Of a stretch of DNA of 64,000 nucleotides, positions 11,600-24,570 are shown one piece after another. The notes under the pieces are model-generated. The model searched no databases. It was not told where the DNA came from and saw nothing but the letters and a program-made list of their open reading frames with translations. The position numbers and the translations under genes were made by a program. Positions within the stretch are counted from its first letter, which is position 1. The number at the start of each line of letters is the position of its first letter. The DNA comes from Octopus sinensis (lineage: Eukaryota), in the NCBI RefSeq assembly GCF_006345805.1, contig NC_042999.1:19220001-19284000 (forward strand), written 5' to 3'.

Positions 11600-13080
11600 T
11601 TTGATGCAGAGCCAGTTGAGGATATTGTCTCAAAAGCGAATAAAACAACTTATCTTGGTGTCTTTATAGTGTAAAAGATAACATCATATCAACAATATGA
11701 CACCTCGATACATTGGAATTGGCTGATGCAGTAACACGGAATGAATACAAGAAGAGAGTGAGCGACAAACTTGAAAAGGAATCGAAAGACAGACTTATTC
11801 ATGGACAGTACACTAGAGATACGTCTGCACTGATTGGAACTAGTGTTGGTCGTGGCTTATAAATATAGATCTTGAAGGATGCACTGAAGTATTGGTGTGC
11901 AGCGCCCAGGAGGAGGCTCCACGAACTAACTGCTTTAAACATCCTGTTGATTAAACGAAAGAAGCGCCATTTGGTAGAATCTTTAGAACATAAGGAGCAA
12001 CGGTCAGCCATCTTGTAAGTGAACGTTCTAAGTGGGAACATTTGCTGTGACCATAATATCTTGGCATAAGATTTAGATGAGCTCAAAAAATATTGGGTTG
12101 TCCGGAAAGTCCGTGCCGATTTATAGCAGCTTACATTTCGACTTATTTTAAAACATGGTTGAGTCCATAAAATGGGATTTGACTACACCTCCATCTAGAG
12201 CACAGTTTAAGCTATCTTTTTGTGGAAGAAGGTTTATGTTCCTATAACCTGTGTTAATTCTGTAACCCTTTAAGATGGAAGATAAGAAAGTTCATTTTCG
12301 GCAATTGATGCTTTGGGAACCAGACAAAAATTATTGCAGCTCGGCTGGGATGTGTTACCCCACCCTCCATATTCACCAGATATTGCTCCTTCGGATGTCC
12401 ACTTTTTCAGGTCTCTTCAGAATAGTCTTAATGGCAAAAATTTCAATTCCTTGGATGAGGTAAAAAGATACCTTGATGACTTCTTTGCCATGAAACCACC
12501 TTAATTCTGGGAAGAGGGTATTTTCAAGTTAAAGGAAAGATGGAGACGCATTGTGCAACAAAATGGTTCATATTTGGTTTGATTAAAAATGTAATAGCAA
12601 GTGTTTATTGACCTTTTTCTTTCCTTTAAATATCGGCACGAACTTTCCGGACAACCCAATATAAAGACCTGCTAATCGAAAAGATGTGGCATCTCAACAC
12701 GGTTACAATACCAGTAATTGTAGGAGCACTTGGAATTATCAAAAAAGGAACCAAAAACTATTAAAGAATGGTTTACCTTCCATGCAGGAAGTGCAAAAGG
12801 TTGTCTTAACTGCTACATCACATGTATTGAGAAGAGCATTGTCGGTGTAAATTTTCTTTCTTTTTTCCCCTTTTATTTCTTTACTTTTCTATTTTTCTAT
12901 TTTTCTTCTTTTTTCCCTGTCTTCCCCTTTTCTTTATCACATGATTCTGTAAATGAATAATCTGGTGTGCTTGTTTTAATGACCTATCAATATACACAGT
13001 AGGTTTCTCTGCGCAAGGAGTCAGGAAGACGTTCGGCAAGAAATGGAAACGGAATTGAAAGAAGATACTAATGAAAATGA
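11600..13080 (+). mobile_element. R4/Dong 3' fragment split by a mariner insertion
   Basis: HGQY..CWSWLINIDLEGCTEVLVCSAQEEAPRTN...TVSHLVSE before the mariner; YKDLLI.EKMWHLNTVTIPVIVGALGIIKKG...RRALSV* after it. The 3' UTR (ggaagacgttcggcaagaaatggaa) matches 2190-2260 and ends in (TAA)n. Confidence 0.85.
12093..12659 (+). mobile_element. Internally deleted mariner transposon (567 bp)
   Basis: 28-bp TIRs ttgggttgtccggaaagt(c/t)cgtgccgat with 1 mismatch and a TA TSD. N-terminal MEDKKVHFRQLMLW is fused to the C-terminal LGWDVLPHPPYSPDIAPSD...FWEEGIFKLKERWRRIVQQNGSY. Confidence 0.95.
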
Positions 13081-13134
13081 TAATAATAACAATAATAATA
13101 ATAATAATAATGATAATAATAATAATAATAATAA

Positions 13135-13166
<32 letters not shown>

Positions 13167-13460
13167 TAGAGGAGAAATAGAAGAAGGAGGAGGAGGATGT
13201 GACGGTGGGAAGGAGAAGGAGGAGGTGGAGCAGGAGAAGGAAGAGGAGAAGAAGAAGAAGAAGAAAAAAGAAGAAGAAGAAGAAGAAGAAGTAAGTGGAG
13301 AAATAGAAGAAGGAGGAGGAGGAGGTGGTGGGGAGAAGGAGGAGGTGGTGGGGAGAAGGAGGAGGTGGAGCAGGAGAAGGCAGAGGAGAAGAAGAACAAG
13401 AAGAAGAACAAGAAGTAAAAGGAGAAGAAGAAGAAGAAGAAGAAGAAGAAGAAGGAGTAT
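13080..13460. repeat. (TAA)n, (GAA)n and (GGA)n low-complexity tract
   Basis: Directly visible. Confidence 0.95.
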
Positions 13461-14324
13461 TTAGGCACAACAAATTTTTAGAGTTAGTTGATATCATAAA
13501 TTCGTACTGTACTTTTATCTGTCCATTTATTGAAAAGTAAATTTGAACTCAATTGTATTTGAAGATAAAACATAAAAAAGACCATGTAACCCAAAACGTA
13601 TCTTCCAACACTGCCATTCACTTACGTTGATGATGATGATGATGATAATGATGATGGTGATGATGGTGGTGGTGGTAGTGATATTTAGAAGGAAGGGTCG
13701 GGTGACTGATCTTATTTATATACATACTACGCACCCACCCACACGCATGCGCATTTGTAAGAAATATCTATAAAACATTTTGTACTTCGGATACACCCTG
13801 AAGATGCAAAGTCGCTTAGTACAACAACGATGCGCATGCCCAAGAAAATTGTAGGGAGTTATGAAAGACATAAAAGAACGCATTTCACAAAACTTATTTA
13901 TCTATTTCCTGTGTTTTATATGATACCAGACAAGATATTAATCTAGCTTGATATATCGATTACATTTAGTTGAAATCACTGTTCTGAACTTCCTGCCCTG
14001 GCACTCGATTCTCTATCGTAATAAATATGGGTTTTAGGGTATATGTACGTTTTCGTGCAGAGAGGTCTTCCTTTTGACATACGAACACGGGTACGTACTT
14101 ATAATATATATACTTTCACATATGCGCATATGAAAAAACTAATGAAATTAGACTCACATACGTGCAGTATGTGTGTGTACATACACACAAATACACATAT
14201 ACATGTATATCAAACAAAGGAATTCCATCTTTGTTTGATTTTCATGATTTATTTACAAACTTATAATATAAGATAATATAGTAGTATAACAGAATATCTA
14301 TAAGTATATCTATCTATCTATCTA

Positions 14325-14364
<40 letters not shown>

Positions 14365-14432
14365 AGTATATATATGTATATGTATGTGTGTGTGTGCGTG
14401 TGTGTGTGTATGCATATATATATGTGTATATA

Positions 14433-14610
14433 TGAGAAGGTGCAAAAGATTTTCAGGATTTAGGTAAAAGAAGGTACAAGAGGATCAGTTAGTTGTGATT
14501 TTATTCAACATATTCCCCTTTTAGATTCACACACTTATTGAAGCGGTCCTTCAGTTTTTCAAAGCCCTGTAAAAAGAATTCGGAATGTTCGGCTCCAGCG
14601 AGGCATTTCG
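14433..14610 (-). mobile_element. Mariner 3' end fragment
   Basis: Minus strand reads SEFFLQGFEKLKDRFNKCVNLKGEYVE*, followed by a TIR-like end and TA. Confidence 0.75.
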
Positions 14611-14692
14611 CAATACACTGGAAGCCAGAAGTGTTTCACCGTCGCCTCGTGGATATATAGATAGAAAGATAGATAGATACATAGATATATAT

Positions 14693-14742
<50 letters not shown>

Positions 14743-14747
14743 TAGAT

Positions 14748-14822
<75 letters not shown>

Positions 14823-14823
<1 letters not shown>

Positions 14824-14986
14824 GTGGGGAATTCACAAAAAAAAAAAAAAAGATGAAGACAGGTGGTGTAAACAATAAAGAAATGTTTTAGTATAACGCT
14901 CGGGAAGTGAAAACGTCTTTAACGTTTCGTGCCTAAGCTCTTCCACAGAAAGGAAGACAGAACGAAACGAAAGAAAAAAAGGGAGA

Positions 14987-14990
<4 letters not shown>
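14823..14990 (-). repeat. Short microsatellite-embedded repeat, family H, copy 1 (carries hammerhead-like motif)
   Basis: Homologous to 33455-33650, 44952-45150 and the fragment at 46452-46522. Confidence 0.85.
14915..14953 (-). ncRNA. Variant minimal type I hammerhead-like motif
   Basis: CUUU CUGU-G-GA-A GAGC-UUAG-GCAC GAA ACGU U AAAG. Confidence 0.4.
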
Positions 14991-15019
<29 letters not shown>

Positions 15020-15085
15020 GATAGATAGATAGATATATAGATAGATAGATACATACATACATACATACATACATACATACATACA

Positions 15086-15116
<31 letters not shown>

Positions 15117-15351
15117 GTGCATTTAACCCAAGCTTTGCACCCATGATTCGTTACAATTGCTTCTACGTCAACTCTACGCAAAATTTCTGAATAAAAATCT
15201 ACTTGATTTTTGCGATTTTAGACATTATATGGCCACTACATAACCTTCATAAGACTTGCATCAAAGGAGTTCTCTCTCATTGTACGTCACTGCCACTTTT
15301 AGGAGTAGCATTTTTGCTTGTTGCAAAATAAGCGACTGTATATCGCTTGAA

Positions 15352-15396
<45 letters not shown>

Positions 15397-15510
15397 CCAA
15401 CAGAAGCGAGCTACTAGTGTCATCTCTGTCTCCTTGGGGTTAAAAAATCGCAGTAAACCCGTTCAAACCGGCAGCCATGTTGAAGTTGCTATAAACATTA
15501 CTCATATATA

Positions 15511-15553
<43 letters not shown>

Positions 15554-15556
<3 letters not shown>

Positions 15557-16794
15557 GGTGGCCCTGAACGATTCACTCATAGTTAAATCTTTTCCTCAAC
15601 AATATCGCTTATATATTATCTACATTTGACATGAATATTTGCATATCTTTTTGTTCATGTGTCTATTGCTTTCTTCGCCTATAAACAGATTTGTAAACTA
15701 ACATGGCGTCGAAAGTAAAACGTGACCAGAATGTCGCTTTGAAAACAGCTGGAGTGAACAACAAGGACCTAACAAAATAGTTGAATGTTAGCCGTAAAAC
15801 AGTGCTCAATACCTGAAGACCATATATGAAGTCCGCTACTACCTCTAGCAAGCTAATTCCTGATAGGAAACCATCAATTCTTACAAATATACTGTTGAAG
15901 CTGTGTAGAAATGAATGAACCGAAATTCCGGCAGTAGTGCAAAACAGAAACTGCAAAGGCTCTTCATATTTCGAAATCGTCAATGCACAGGATCTTTTAA
16001 GAAGATCTAAAGCTAAGTGCATACGAGGAACAATTCCGACTCTTAATTTCAACAATTTCCCAGAAGAAACGGCTCGAAAGGTGTGAAATCATATTAGCCG
16101 AAATGGAGCGCGCCGCTAACAAAGTGCTGAATTGGTCCGACGAGAAGATCTTTTCCGTAGAGGCAGTTACCAACCCGCAGAATGACACGCTTTATGCACG
16201 TAATACAGGAGACTTGTCCGAAGGTAACAGGAGTTATTTACGCCGTCAGCAGCCAGCTACACTCATGATGTGGGCCGCTGTTAACTCTGATGAGTTCACG
16301 TACCCCTTGATTTTCAATGATGCTGATGTCAATGTGAAAAGTGAAGTTTGTGTGGAAATGTTGGACGAGAAAATGTTACCCAGATTAAAGAAACTTTTGG
16401 TAATCGTTACATCTTCACTGAATATGACGCTCTGGTCCACACATCTAATTTCACACAGAGGTGGTGCAAAGAGCATTTCAGCGGTTTTTGAGAGAAGAGG
16501 ATATGGCCTCCCGAAAGTTCAGACATCAAACTTTGCTTCCGGGTCCATCTTAGAAAGTAATGAGACAAATCTGTAAAAATTCGTTCTGTCTTCATAGATC
16601 AAGTTGGATGAAGACGTTAATTCGGCGCTTATATAACTTACTGACCACTGGTTTGCAGGCTATGATCAAAGTAAATTACTGCAATGTATTGACAATTTAC
16701 ATGAGAACGTTCGTGCCAAATTCCATTATACTACCTTAAATTTATTTTGGATAATTAAGAAATATCAATGGGTAAATCTTTCTGCGATACCCTG
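15554..16794 (+). mobile_element. Decayed near full-length Tc1/mariner-superfamily element, maT (DD37D, Bmmar1-like)
   Basis: TA-flanked imperfect TIRs (cagggtgg... and ...gataccctg). MASKVKRD start at 15703; WSDEKIFSVEAVTNPQND...TLMMWAAV; HTSNFTQRWCKEHFSGF*EKRIWPP. Contains stops and frameshifts. Confidence 0.85.
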
Positions 16795-16950
16795 TATGTT
16801 CGTATGTATGTATGTATTTATGTATGTATGAATGTATGTATGCAATTATATGCTTTCTTGTGTTTGTGTATGTTTGGATAGATATATATGTAAGTCGATA
16901 TCTTATTTTAAACTGTTTTATTCGGTTCCATGCGACACGAATTTTCACAG

Positions 16951-17141
16951 ACCTCAGACTGCCAAATGAAAAAATACAGATAAAACAAGATGGTTACTGG
17001 AAGTCTAAGATGGCTACTGCAAAATCGATTGCTATTCAACAAGGAGAGTTAAATGGTGCTGTTAGAAATGAGATCGGCATTTTAGCGACACCAGGAGCCT
17101 TAGAAAGGAGAATTTGGACCACGTTGCTAGGCAGGAAGCAA
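16951..17141 (+). CDS. Possible coding exon, product unknown
   Basis: ttttcacag acceptor, one open frame (DLRLPNEKIQIKQDGYWKSKM...), weak donor gtagca. Confidence 0.2.
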
Positions 17142-17724
17142 GTAGCACCTTGATGTCTGGTAAACTTCGAAATCCTAAGGAGTACCGCCAGCGTGTGTGT
17201 GTGTTTGTGTGTGTATATGTATATGAAATATATGAGTGGATGTAGGTGCTTGCCTATATGTATGCGCAATATAAGTTAGATAGAGAGCTAACTAGCAAGA
17301 GAGAGAGAGAGAGAAAGAGATGTATATGCAAAAGAATATCAATATAGGCTGGTGGTTCACAGATTCTATAGAGTGCCTTGTCGAATGAAGACCAATGTCT
17401 GTCTCACCATTCTGATCTCTGGGTTTCAATCCCACCGATTCTAATTTAATTTTGCATCATTTTGAGATTGATTATAAAGTACCCGCCGACATTTGATGCA
17501 TACATTTCGCTCTCTAGTCGTCACACGTTAGATGCTCCACCGACATATGGAAGAATGATTCTTCAGTGAATCTTTGCCTGCCTTTGAGTACATGGAGACC
17601 TAAAATCAAAAGCGAACGTATATTAAATGCTTTCCAGCCAACTGCTATTCAGAATTGCTGCCGTCTGATATACATACATACGTACATGCATGTGCCTACA
17701 TGTGAGTATGTGTCTACACATATT

Positions 17725-17760
<36 letters not shown>

Positions 17761-17761
17761 C

Positions 17762-17797
<36 letters not shown>

Positions 17798-18475
17798 ATA
17801 TATACATACATATATACATATACATCCTTATTTATGTATGTCCATGTACATAAATATAAGTATGTGCGTGTGTCTGTGTGTGTGTGTATGTATGTGTGCA
17901 CAATAATGGCTAAAAGTTTGGACACTTTTATTCATAGTCGATGTTTGTTAGCTTTCTGCCTCTTTCTCACTCATAATTATTTTTCTAGTCGTCTTCAAAC
18001 AATATTTTATTGTTTTCTAAGCCACGATGCCATAAAGTTGATATTGATCTTCAACTGGTTAAAAGATCTGCAAGATTAAAATACAATAAAACATGTACAT
18101 ATCAGCCGTATCTAAATATATATGAAACACTATACATAACAAAATCATTTTATTTACTCTCTTTTACGGCAACGTGTAATATTACTTAAGGGAATAACAC
18201 TAAGATTTGCACATTGTATCATGGAAACGCTAAACTTTTTCCAGCATCAAGTATTCATGTTTCTGAATTGGTTTTTAATGATAGTGTACGTTAATTGAGT
18301 TCTCTGCTCGGTTTGAAAGACGATAACAGTCTGAGGTATTTTCAGGTCATCCTAATACGTTTGATACAGAACTTTTCCGCATGAATTAGGTTACTATCAC
18401 GCTGAGAAATATTTCCACCTGAATCATGTGAAAAATACCACTACTGAGATAAGCAATTTCGTTTCTAAATAACTT

Positions 18476-18769
18476 ATATTTTGTTGTGTCTGGGGAGAGT
18501 AATTTTCTTTATGTGCCTTATAATATCACACGCTCACCGGTAAAATTCCCCCTTTTTTTCTTATTTTTATTTCCCTAATATTTCCGTTGCGTCTTGCAAC
18601 CTTTTCAATAGTTTTGACTCTATTGAACCTATTGAAATGATTGCAGGACGCAACGAAAATTTTAAGAAAATAAAATAAGAAATAAGTGGAAATTTTACCG
18701 GTGAGCGTGTGATATTATAAGGCACAAGGCACAAAAAGAAAATGACTCTCTCCAGACACAACAGAATAT
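18476..18769. repeat. Palindromic (foldback) element, about 294 bp
   Basis: Arms include a perfect 35-bp inverted match, 18513-18547 versus 18691-18725. Confidence 0.92.
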
Positions 18770-19199
18770 GCTTCAACACACGAACTCATATAAAGAATCT
18801 TGCAAACCAAATCCAAAAACGAAATATTATTATATTTTAGTATCTCGGTATTCCATGCATCATATTGTTAAACGCCTTGACACAATCGTCAGTGGTGTTT
18901 CTTAGAGTATTTCAGCATCAGACATCTTCACCCAAGCCAACCAGTAAGAATTAGTCAAAGCCCAGTTTGTACCCAGTTAACACTGTCCATGAAAGCACAG
19001 CGCCGTCCCGGGATCACACATCCTTCCTCATCCTCTGCCACTATGAGACACCTCCGCTGCCTCGACAGCCGGTCTGATGGTCTTCTATCTATTGGCCACT
19101 CTGATGCTAAGTGTGTTGTAAGCTCAGCTCAGTTGCTCGCTTACAGTTTCAACACTGCAAATATCAGTGTCTATGATACGATAATATAGTATCATATTG

Positions 19200-19405
19200 C
19201 TTTCAAATTTTGGCACAGGGCCAGCAATTTTCATTTTGTGGGGTGGGGGGAGTAAGTCGATTACACCATATGGTTCAACTGTTACTTATGATATCAACCT
19301 CGAAAGCATGAAAGGCAAATTCAACCTCGGTGGAATTTGAACTCAAAACATGGAGACAGACGATATGCTGGCAAGCATTTTGTACGGCATGCTACTCGCC
19401 GCCTA
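19200..19405 (-). mobile_element. Degenerate SINE B
   Basis: gaaagcatgaaaggcaaattcaacctcggtggaatttgaactc. Confidence 0.7.
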
Positions 19406-20019
19406 AGTGCAGCTTTCAATTGATATGATTTGTTTCATGTCTTGTTTTAGAATTCTTGTTCCTCAGATACTGTAATCTGTAGCTTACAAGAATTGACATC
19501 TTCGTCACATCACTCCCTCTGTGACATTGTATTAATCTTCTGTTTATATTCTGTTACTCATAAAAATGTCTTCCTTTGGAGAACATTCGGGTAACTTTGT
19601 TAGTATTCTTGCTTTAAGTTCTCCGTTAATATGTCTCACTCTTGTCACTTCAGCTTGCGTTTGCCGCTTTTCTTTTGAACGTAACCCGATACTGTTATGG
19701 AGTTAATTTGATTATACGTCGATTAAACCTACCTTATACATGTGGTCTCTTATTCTATTGTTTCTGCAAGTTTGACAGTATTAAGTCCACTTAAGCATTA
19801 ACAGACTTTTATTACGCCGGCTTTGTTGCAACTTCTGTACGTTTCCGAGCTAAGTTTTGAAATTATATCCAATTTTGTTTCATTTATATCGTGTCCAACT
19901 TCAGTCTTTGCTAAGGAGGTATTATGATGCCCAAGGGTAAATGCACATCCATGTATATGTACCATCACTGCGTCATCGTTTGACATAAATTTTGCCATTA
20001 TTTCTCAATGATCAAGGCA

Positions 20020-20220
20020 GCAAACTAATAAAATCTTTAGAACGTCGAGTGAAATACTTAGCGATATTTCGTCCGTCTTCGCGTTCTGAGTTCAAATTCC
20101 ACCGAGGTCGACTTTGCCTTTCATTCATTCGGAGTCGATAGAATAAATACCAGCTGAGTACTGGATTCGATGTAATCGACCACACTCTCCCCTACATTTC
20201 AAGCCTTATGCCAATAGTGT
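20020..20220 (+). mobile_element. SINE B
   Basis: gttctgagttcaaattccaccgaggtcgactttgcc core. Confidence 0.8.
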
Positions 20221-20875
20221 AATGGATTATTTCTCAATAGTGATTGGCTAAGGAAAATGTCATAATTTTCCTCAACCCTAGTTGTCTTCAGAGAGCAGTA
20301 TGAATGTATCCCACTGCTGATTGGCTACCAAAACTTGGCTGATGTTGACTGGATGCTACTTGGTTATTGACTGAGAAGTAATGAAGCACTTAGCTGCATC
20401 CATATGTTTGTGTATTTTTTATATAGTCTTTTTTCATTATGTTCTTACGTACAAATAAATATCAATTTAGAACTGAAATATATTAGAAAACAATAAAATA
20501 TCATTCGGAAATGACAACCAAAAATAATTAAGAACTGGTTAGAAAAAGCATAAAACAAACAACTGTGTAATAAGCTGCTGAAAAAGTTTGTCATCTAGTA
20601 ACAATATAGACCTTAGAGGAAATAGATTTGCATCGAGGCCTCACTCCATATGATGAGTGTGAAGGGGGTTCAATGACCTCATCGAAATGTAGAGCGCGTG
20701 TTTTTGCACCGTTATGTCGAATCAGCTACAGATTCGGAAGCAAACCTTCATAAGCCGCTAAAAGCTCTAGCTCTTATAAGGAAATGGCAAATAATACATA
20801 CATAAATACATATGTATGTATGTATACATACATATATATATATGTGTGTATGTGTGCGTGAGTGTGTGTGTATAT

Positions 20876-20909
<34 letters not shown>

Positions 20910-21049
20910 TTATAATAATATTAGGAAGTATGGCTCCAAACTTACAGGGAAAAGTTAGATTTAGGATTAAATCAAATTTCACAGTATAAATATATAAAAT
21001 ATAAAATATGAATTAGAGATAAAACCATATTTTATATATATTTATATAT

Positions 21050-21138
21050 AAACACTCACAACACCCGTTCAGGGAATCGAAACCGCGATCTTACAACCGC
21101 GAGTCCGCTGCGCTAACCACTGGGCCTTTGCGCCTCCA
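21050..21138 (-). mobile_element. Isolated tRNA-like head of SINE C/D
   Basis: Reverse complement ggaggcgcaaaggcccagtggttagcgcagcggactcgcgg. Confidence 0.8.
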
Positions 21139-21892
21139 CACATACATACATATATACATACATACATACATACTACATACATACATACATACATACATAC
21201 ATACATACATGCAAGCATACTAGATTTTTTACTATGATATCCGCAGGAAGGACTACCCTGACGTATATGTCAAAAGCATGTCAGAACCAAAAGGTATTCA
21301 CACCATTAAAAACAAGGAATATTAGTGAAACATCCCCCAAAAAAACATCAGTTCGGTGCGAACATAACAGACCTAACATTGTTGTGTAGGACAGGTAGCA
21401 CATGTTATAAAGTGATGTACAAGTCAGCTATACAGCGGATGTGAATGTACAATCAAAAGTCTAGGTAATAAAGAACGTTTCGGGTGAATTTATTTGGAAC
21501 TTACAGCTCTTGTAACTTGACTATGAATTCTTATTTGTACCCATTGTTATAGACGTATTAGGTTATGTACCAACAAATTTGTACGAAAACCTAGGAATTC
21601 TCAGTTTCAATGAGAAAGAACAAGCGAACAAGACGCAGATTCTCCAAAGCAAATCTATTAGCGGCACAGTGAAGATTCGTAAGACATTTCAGAAATTTTC
21701 CATCTGAGATTCTTATGTCAATTCGTACACACACTTGGATGTATGCATCGACTGTTCAACCAACACACCAACTGAACCACATATTTACAAACACCAGAAA
21801 CTCTCTTAGCGCAAGAAATCTTGTTGGTTTGTTAGCGAGAGTTTTGTACACTCTCGAGAAGGACTTGAATAATACTCAAAGAAAAATCATTA

Positions 21893-22100
21893 TACTCTTT
21901 TACTTGTTTCAGTCATTTGACTGTGGCCATGCTGGAGCACCGCCTTTAGTGGAGCAAATCGACCCCAGGACTTATTCTTTGGAAGCCTAGTACTTATTCT
22001 ATAGGACTCTATTGCCGAACCGCTAAGTTACGGGGAGGTAAACACACTAGCATCGGTTGTCAAGCGATGTTGGGGGGGGGACACAGACACACAAACATAT

Positions 22101-22175
<75 letters not shown>

Positions 22176-22340
22176 TACGACGAGTTTCTTTCAGTTTCCG
22201 TCTACCAAATCCACTCACAAGGGTTTGGTCGGCCCGAGGCTATAGTAGAAGACACTTGCCCAAGGTACCACGCAGTGGGACTGAACCCGGAACCATGTGG
22301 TTGGTAAGCAAGCTACTTACCACACAGCCACTCCTACGCC
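21893..22340 (-). mobile_element. SINE family A (CORE-like ccttgggcaagt, internal microsatellite)
   Basis: Full-length; homologous to about ten other copies in the window. Confidence 0.92.
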
Positions 22341-23825
22341 TATAAGATTATAGTTAATGGTCTGAAAAATGCTTTTGCACATCCCCTTCTTTCGTGGGAA
22401 TAGTAAAAACTGAGAAATAAGAGCACATTAAGTTAGCGTATTCATTCGTTGAGCTTTTTTATACGGAGAACTCAGATCCAACGAAGTGAAGTTTAAGGTT
22501 GCACATGGCAAACGAATCGTATACGTTTATCCGTTGTATAACAACATCGTTTTTTTACTATTTGAAGCAGTTTTATTTCTTGTCAGTCATGTCTAGGATA
22601 AGCTGAAGTCATGAACCTCGGTGAGATTAAATAATTCGGTATACATGTTAATTTTTCTCCATATAATCCGACACTTATGTTTGACAGCTAGGCAAATTAG
22701 TTATATAAATAAGGATTTCTGGTCAAAATTGCAACTAAATACATTCTCTAAATAAAATGACAGTCGCTCACATCTTACAAATAGTAAATGCTAAAATGTA
22801 ACTTATATAAAGTATAGGCCTGGATTATTCGGAAGAATATGTTCAGACATGTATTTAACTGTTGTACAGACCTTATATCATTTTCATACCAACAGGTAAT
22901 CCGCACAGAATTACAAATAAGACAGGCACATAGACTTAAAGCATTTGACCCTTGTTTATTTCATTCACTCGTGACCAGCGTGTTTCATGAATGTACAGAA
23001 AGAAAGTGAAAGTAGTTAATGAGATTCATACAGTAATGTTTTCGTTCTCTTTGTTTGTTGTCACGTATTGTAACCGACGTCCACCTTCTTTTGATAGCCT
23101 TATCAACTCCTTGACAGTTGTTTTATCTGAATACATTTTTTTTTTCCTAAACTGGTTCTTTTTATGGTGTTTATTTGTTTCTGTGATGGATGATATCTTG
23201 ATTCCTCTGTTCCCGTATATTTTCATTTTCTAATTCTTTTTTATGTATTTTATTCTCTTTTATATTCGCTTGTTTCGTTTGTAATAAATCAGACTCAGAT
23301 ACACAAGAGTAGTTCATCACCTATTTTGACTTCCCAAGCAAAAATATTGACAGAGCTGAGTTATACATTTAAAAACACGTATCGTAATTCTCCATCGCAG
23401 CTAAAAAAAGGATTTTTCGTTTCATTTCACCAATGATTTGGTGCACGAATAAGTTCTAACTTTTCTCAAAAGTTATTTGTATTTCTATTGTCTACTTGCC
23501 TATTATTTCAGAAATACTTGCTTTTTTTCTATTTTATCCTCTCTAATTGGTTTACAAAGTTCTCTACATTTTTTGCGATGAATTAATACTAGATCACATT
23601 ATGGCATCATACGTAGCAAATACTGAATTCAGATTCTTGCAGAATAGTTTATTCAAAATCATATCACTGGCTACATTTATAAAGCAATTAGAAAATACCC
23701 ATGTTTACAGTAATGTTATATCGTACCTTAAGCATTTCAACGTGCTTCGCACAGCCGCAGTTTCGAATATTTTGATCTTACGAAAATTCAGTTCCAACAA
23801 ATTTCGTTTTCTAATTCTTATTTCT

Positions 23826-24169
23826 TTATTGCCCGCAAGGAGCTAAACATAGAGGGGACAAACAAGGACAGACATAGGGATTAAGTCGATTACATCGACC
23901 TCAGTGCGTAACTGGTACTTAATTTATCAACCCCGAAAGGATGAAAGTCAAAGTCGACCTCGGCAGAATTTGAACTCAGAACGTAACGGCAGACGAAATA
24001 CCGCTAAGCATTTCGCCCGGCGTGCTAACGATTCTGCCAGCTCGCCGCCTTTAAAGGATGAAAGGCAAAGTCGACCTCGGATGAATTTGAACTCAGAGCG
24101 TAACGGCAGACGAAATACCGCTAAACATTTCGCCCGACGTGCTAACGATTCTGCCAGCTCGCCGCCTTT
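23826..24169 (-). mobile_element. SINE B with tandemly duplicated 117-bp head
   Basis: Units 23936-24052 and 24053-24169. Confidence 0.92.
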
Positions 24170-24367
24170 CGTTTTTTAATTTTTAGCGGCTTATAAATTT
24201 CTAAACTATATTTTGTTCCTTACTATACTCAAGTGATCATCATAATCTGTAGCAGTAACTTTTGTTTTCAACATAGGCATTATTTCAAATTTCAACGCTA
24301 CGGTACATATATGTGTGTCATTGTTTGTGGCTGTGTGCTTGTGTGCTTGGGTGTTTGTGCGCGCGTC

Positions 24368-24570
24368 TAGGTGCGTGGCTTAATATTTAGTGTATTGTAC
24401 TAATAATCGTAAGTTTGTGGTTTCCATTGCTGCACAAGGAAATGCTTTGTATTCCTGAGTAAAACATTTCATCTCACGTGACGCAGTGATCACTTCGACA
24501 ACTGGCATATAGTATACCGTTCAGGCAACGTCGATTTGATGGAGGGAGTGAGCTAATATACAGCATTTAC
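24368..24570 (+). mobile_element. Old degenerate tRNA-type SINE
   Basis: ggtgcgtggcttaat head and tgtattcctgagtaaaacatttcatctcacg CORE-like stretch. Confidence 0.45.

Noticed and set aside
13790-13862. CUGAAGA...GAAA...GUA hammerhead-like words
   Set aside because: Stem I is only 2 bp and stem II does not close next to GAAA.
18900-19130. GC-richer patch resembling an RTE 3' end
   Set aside because: No convincing motif could be aligned.
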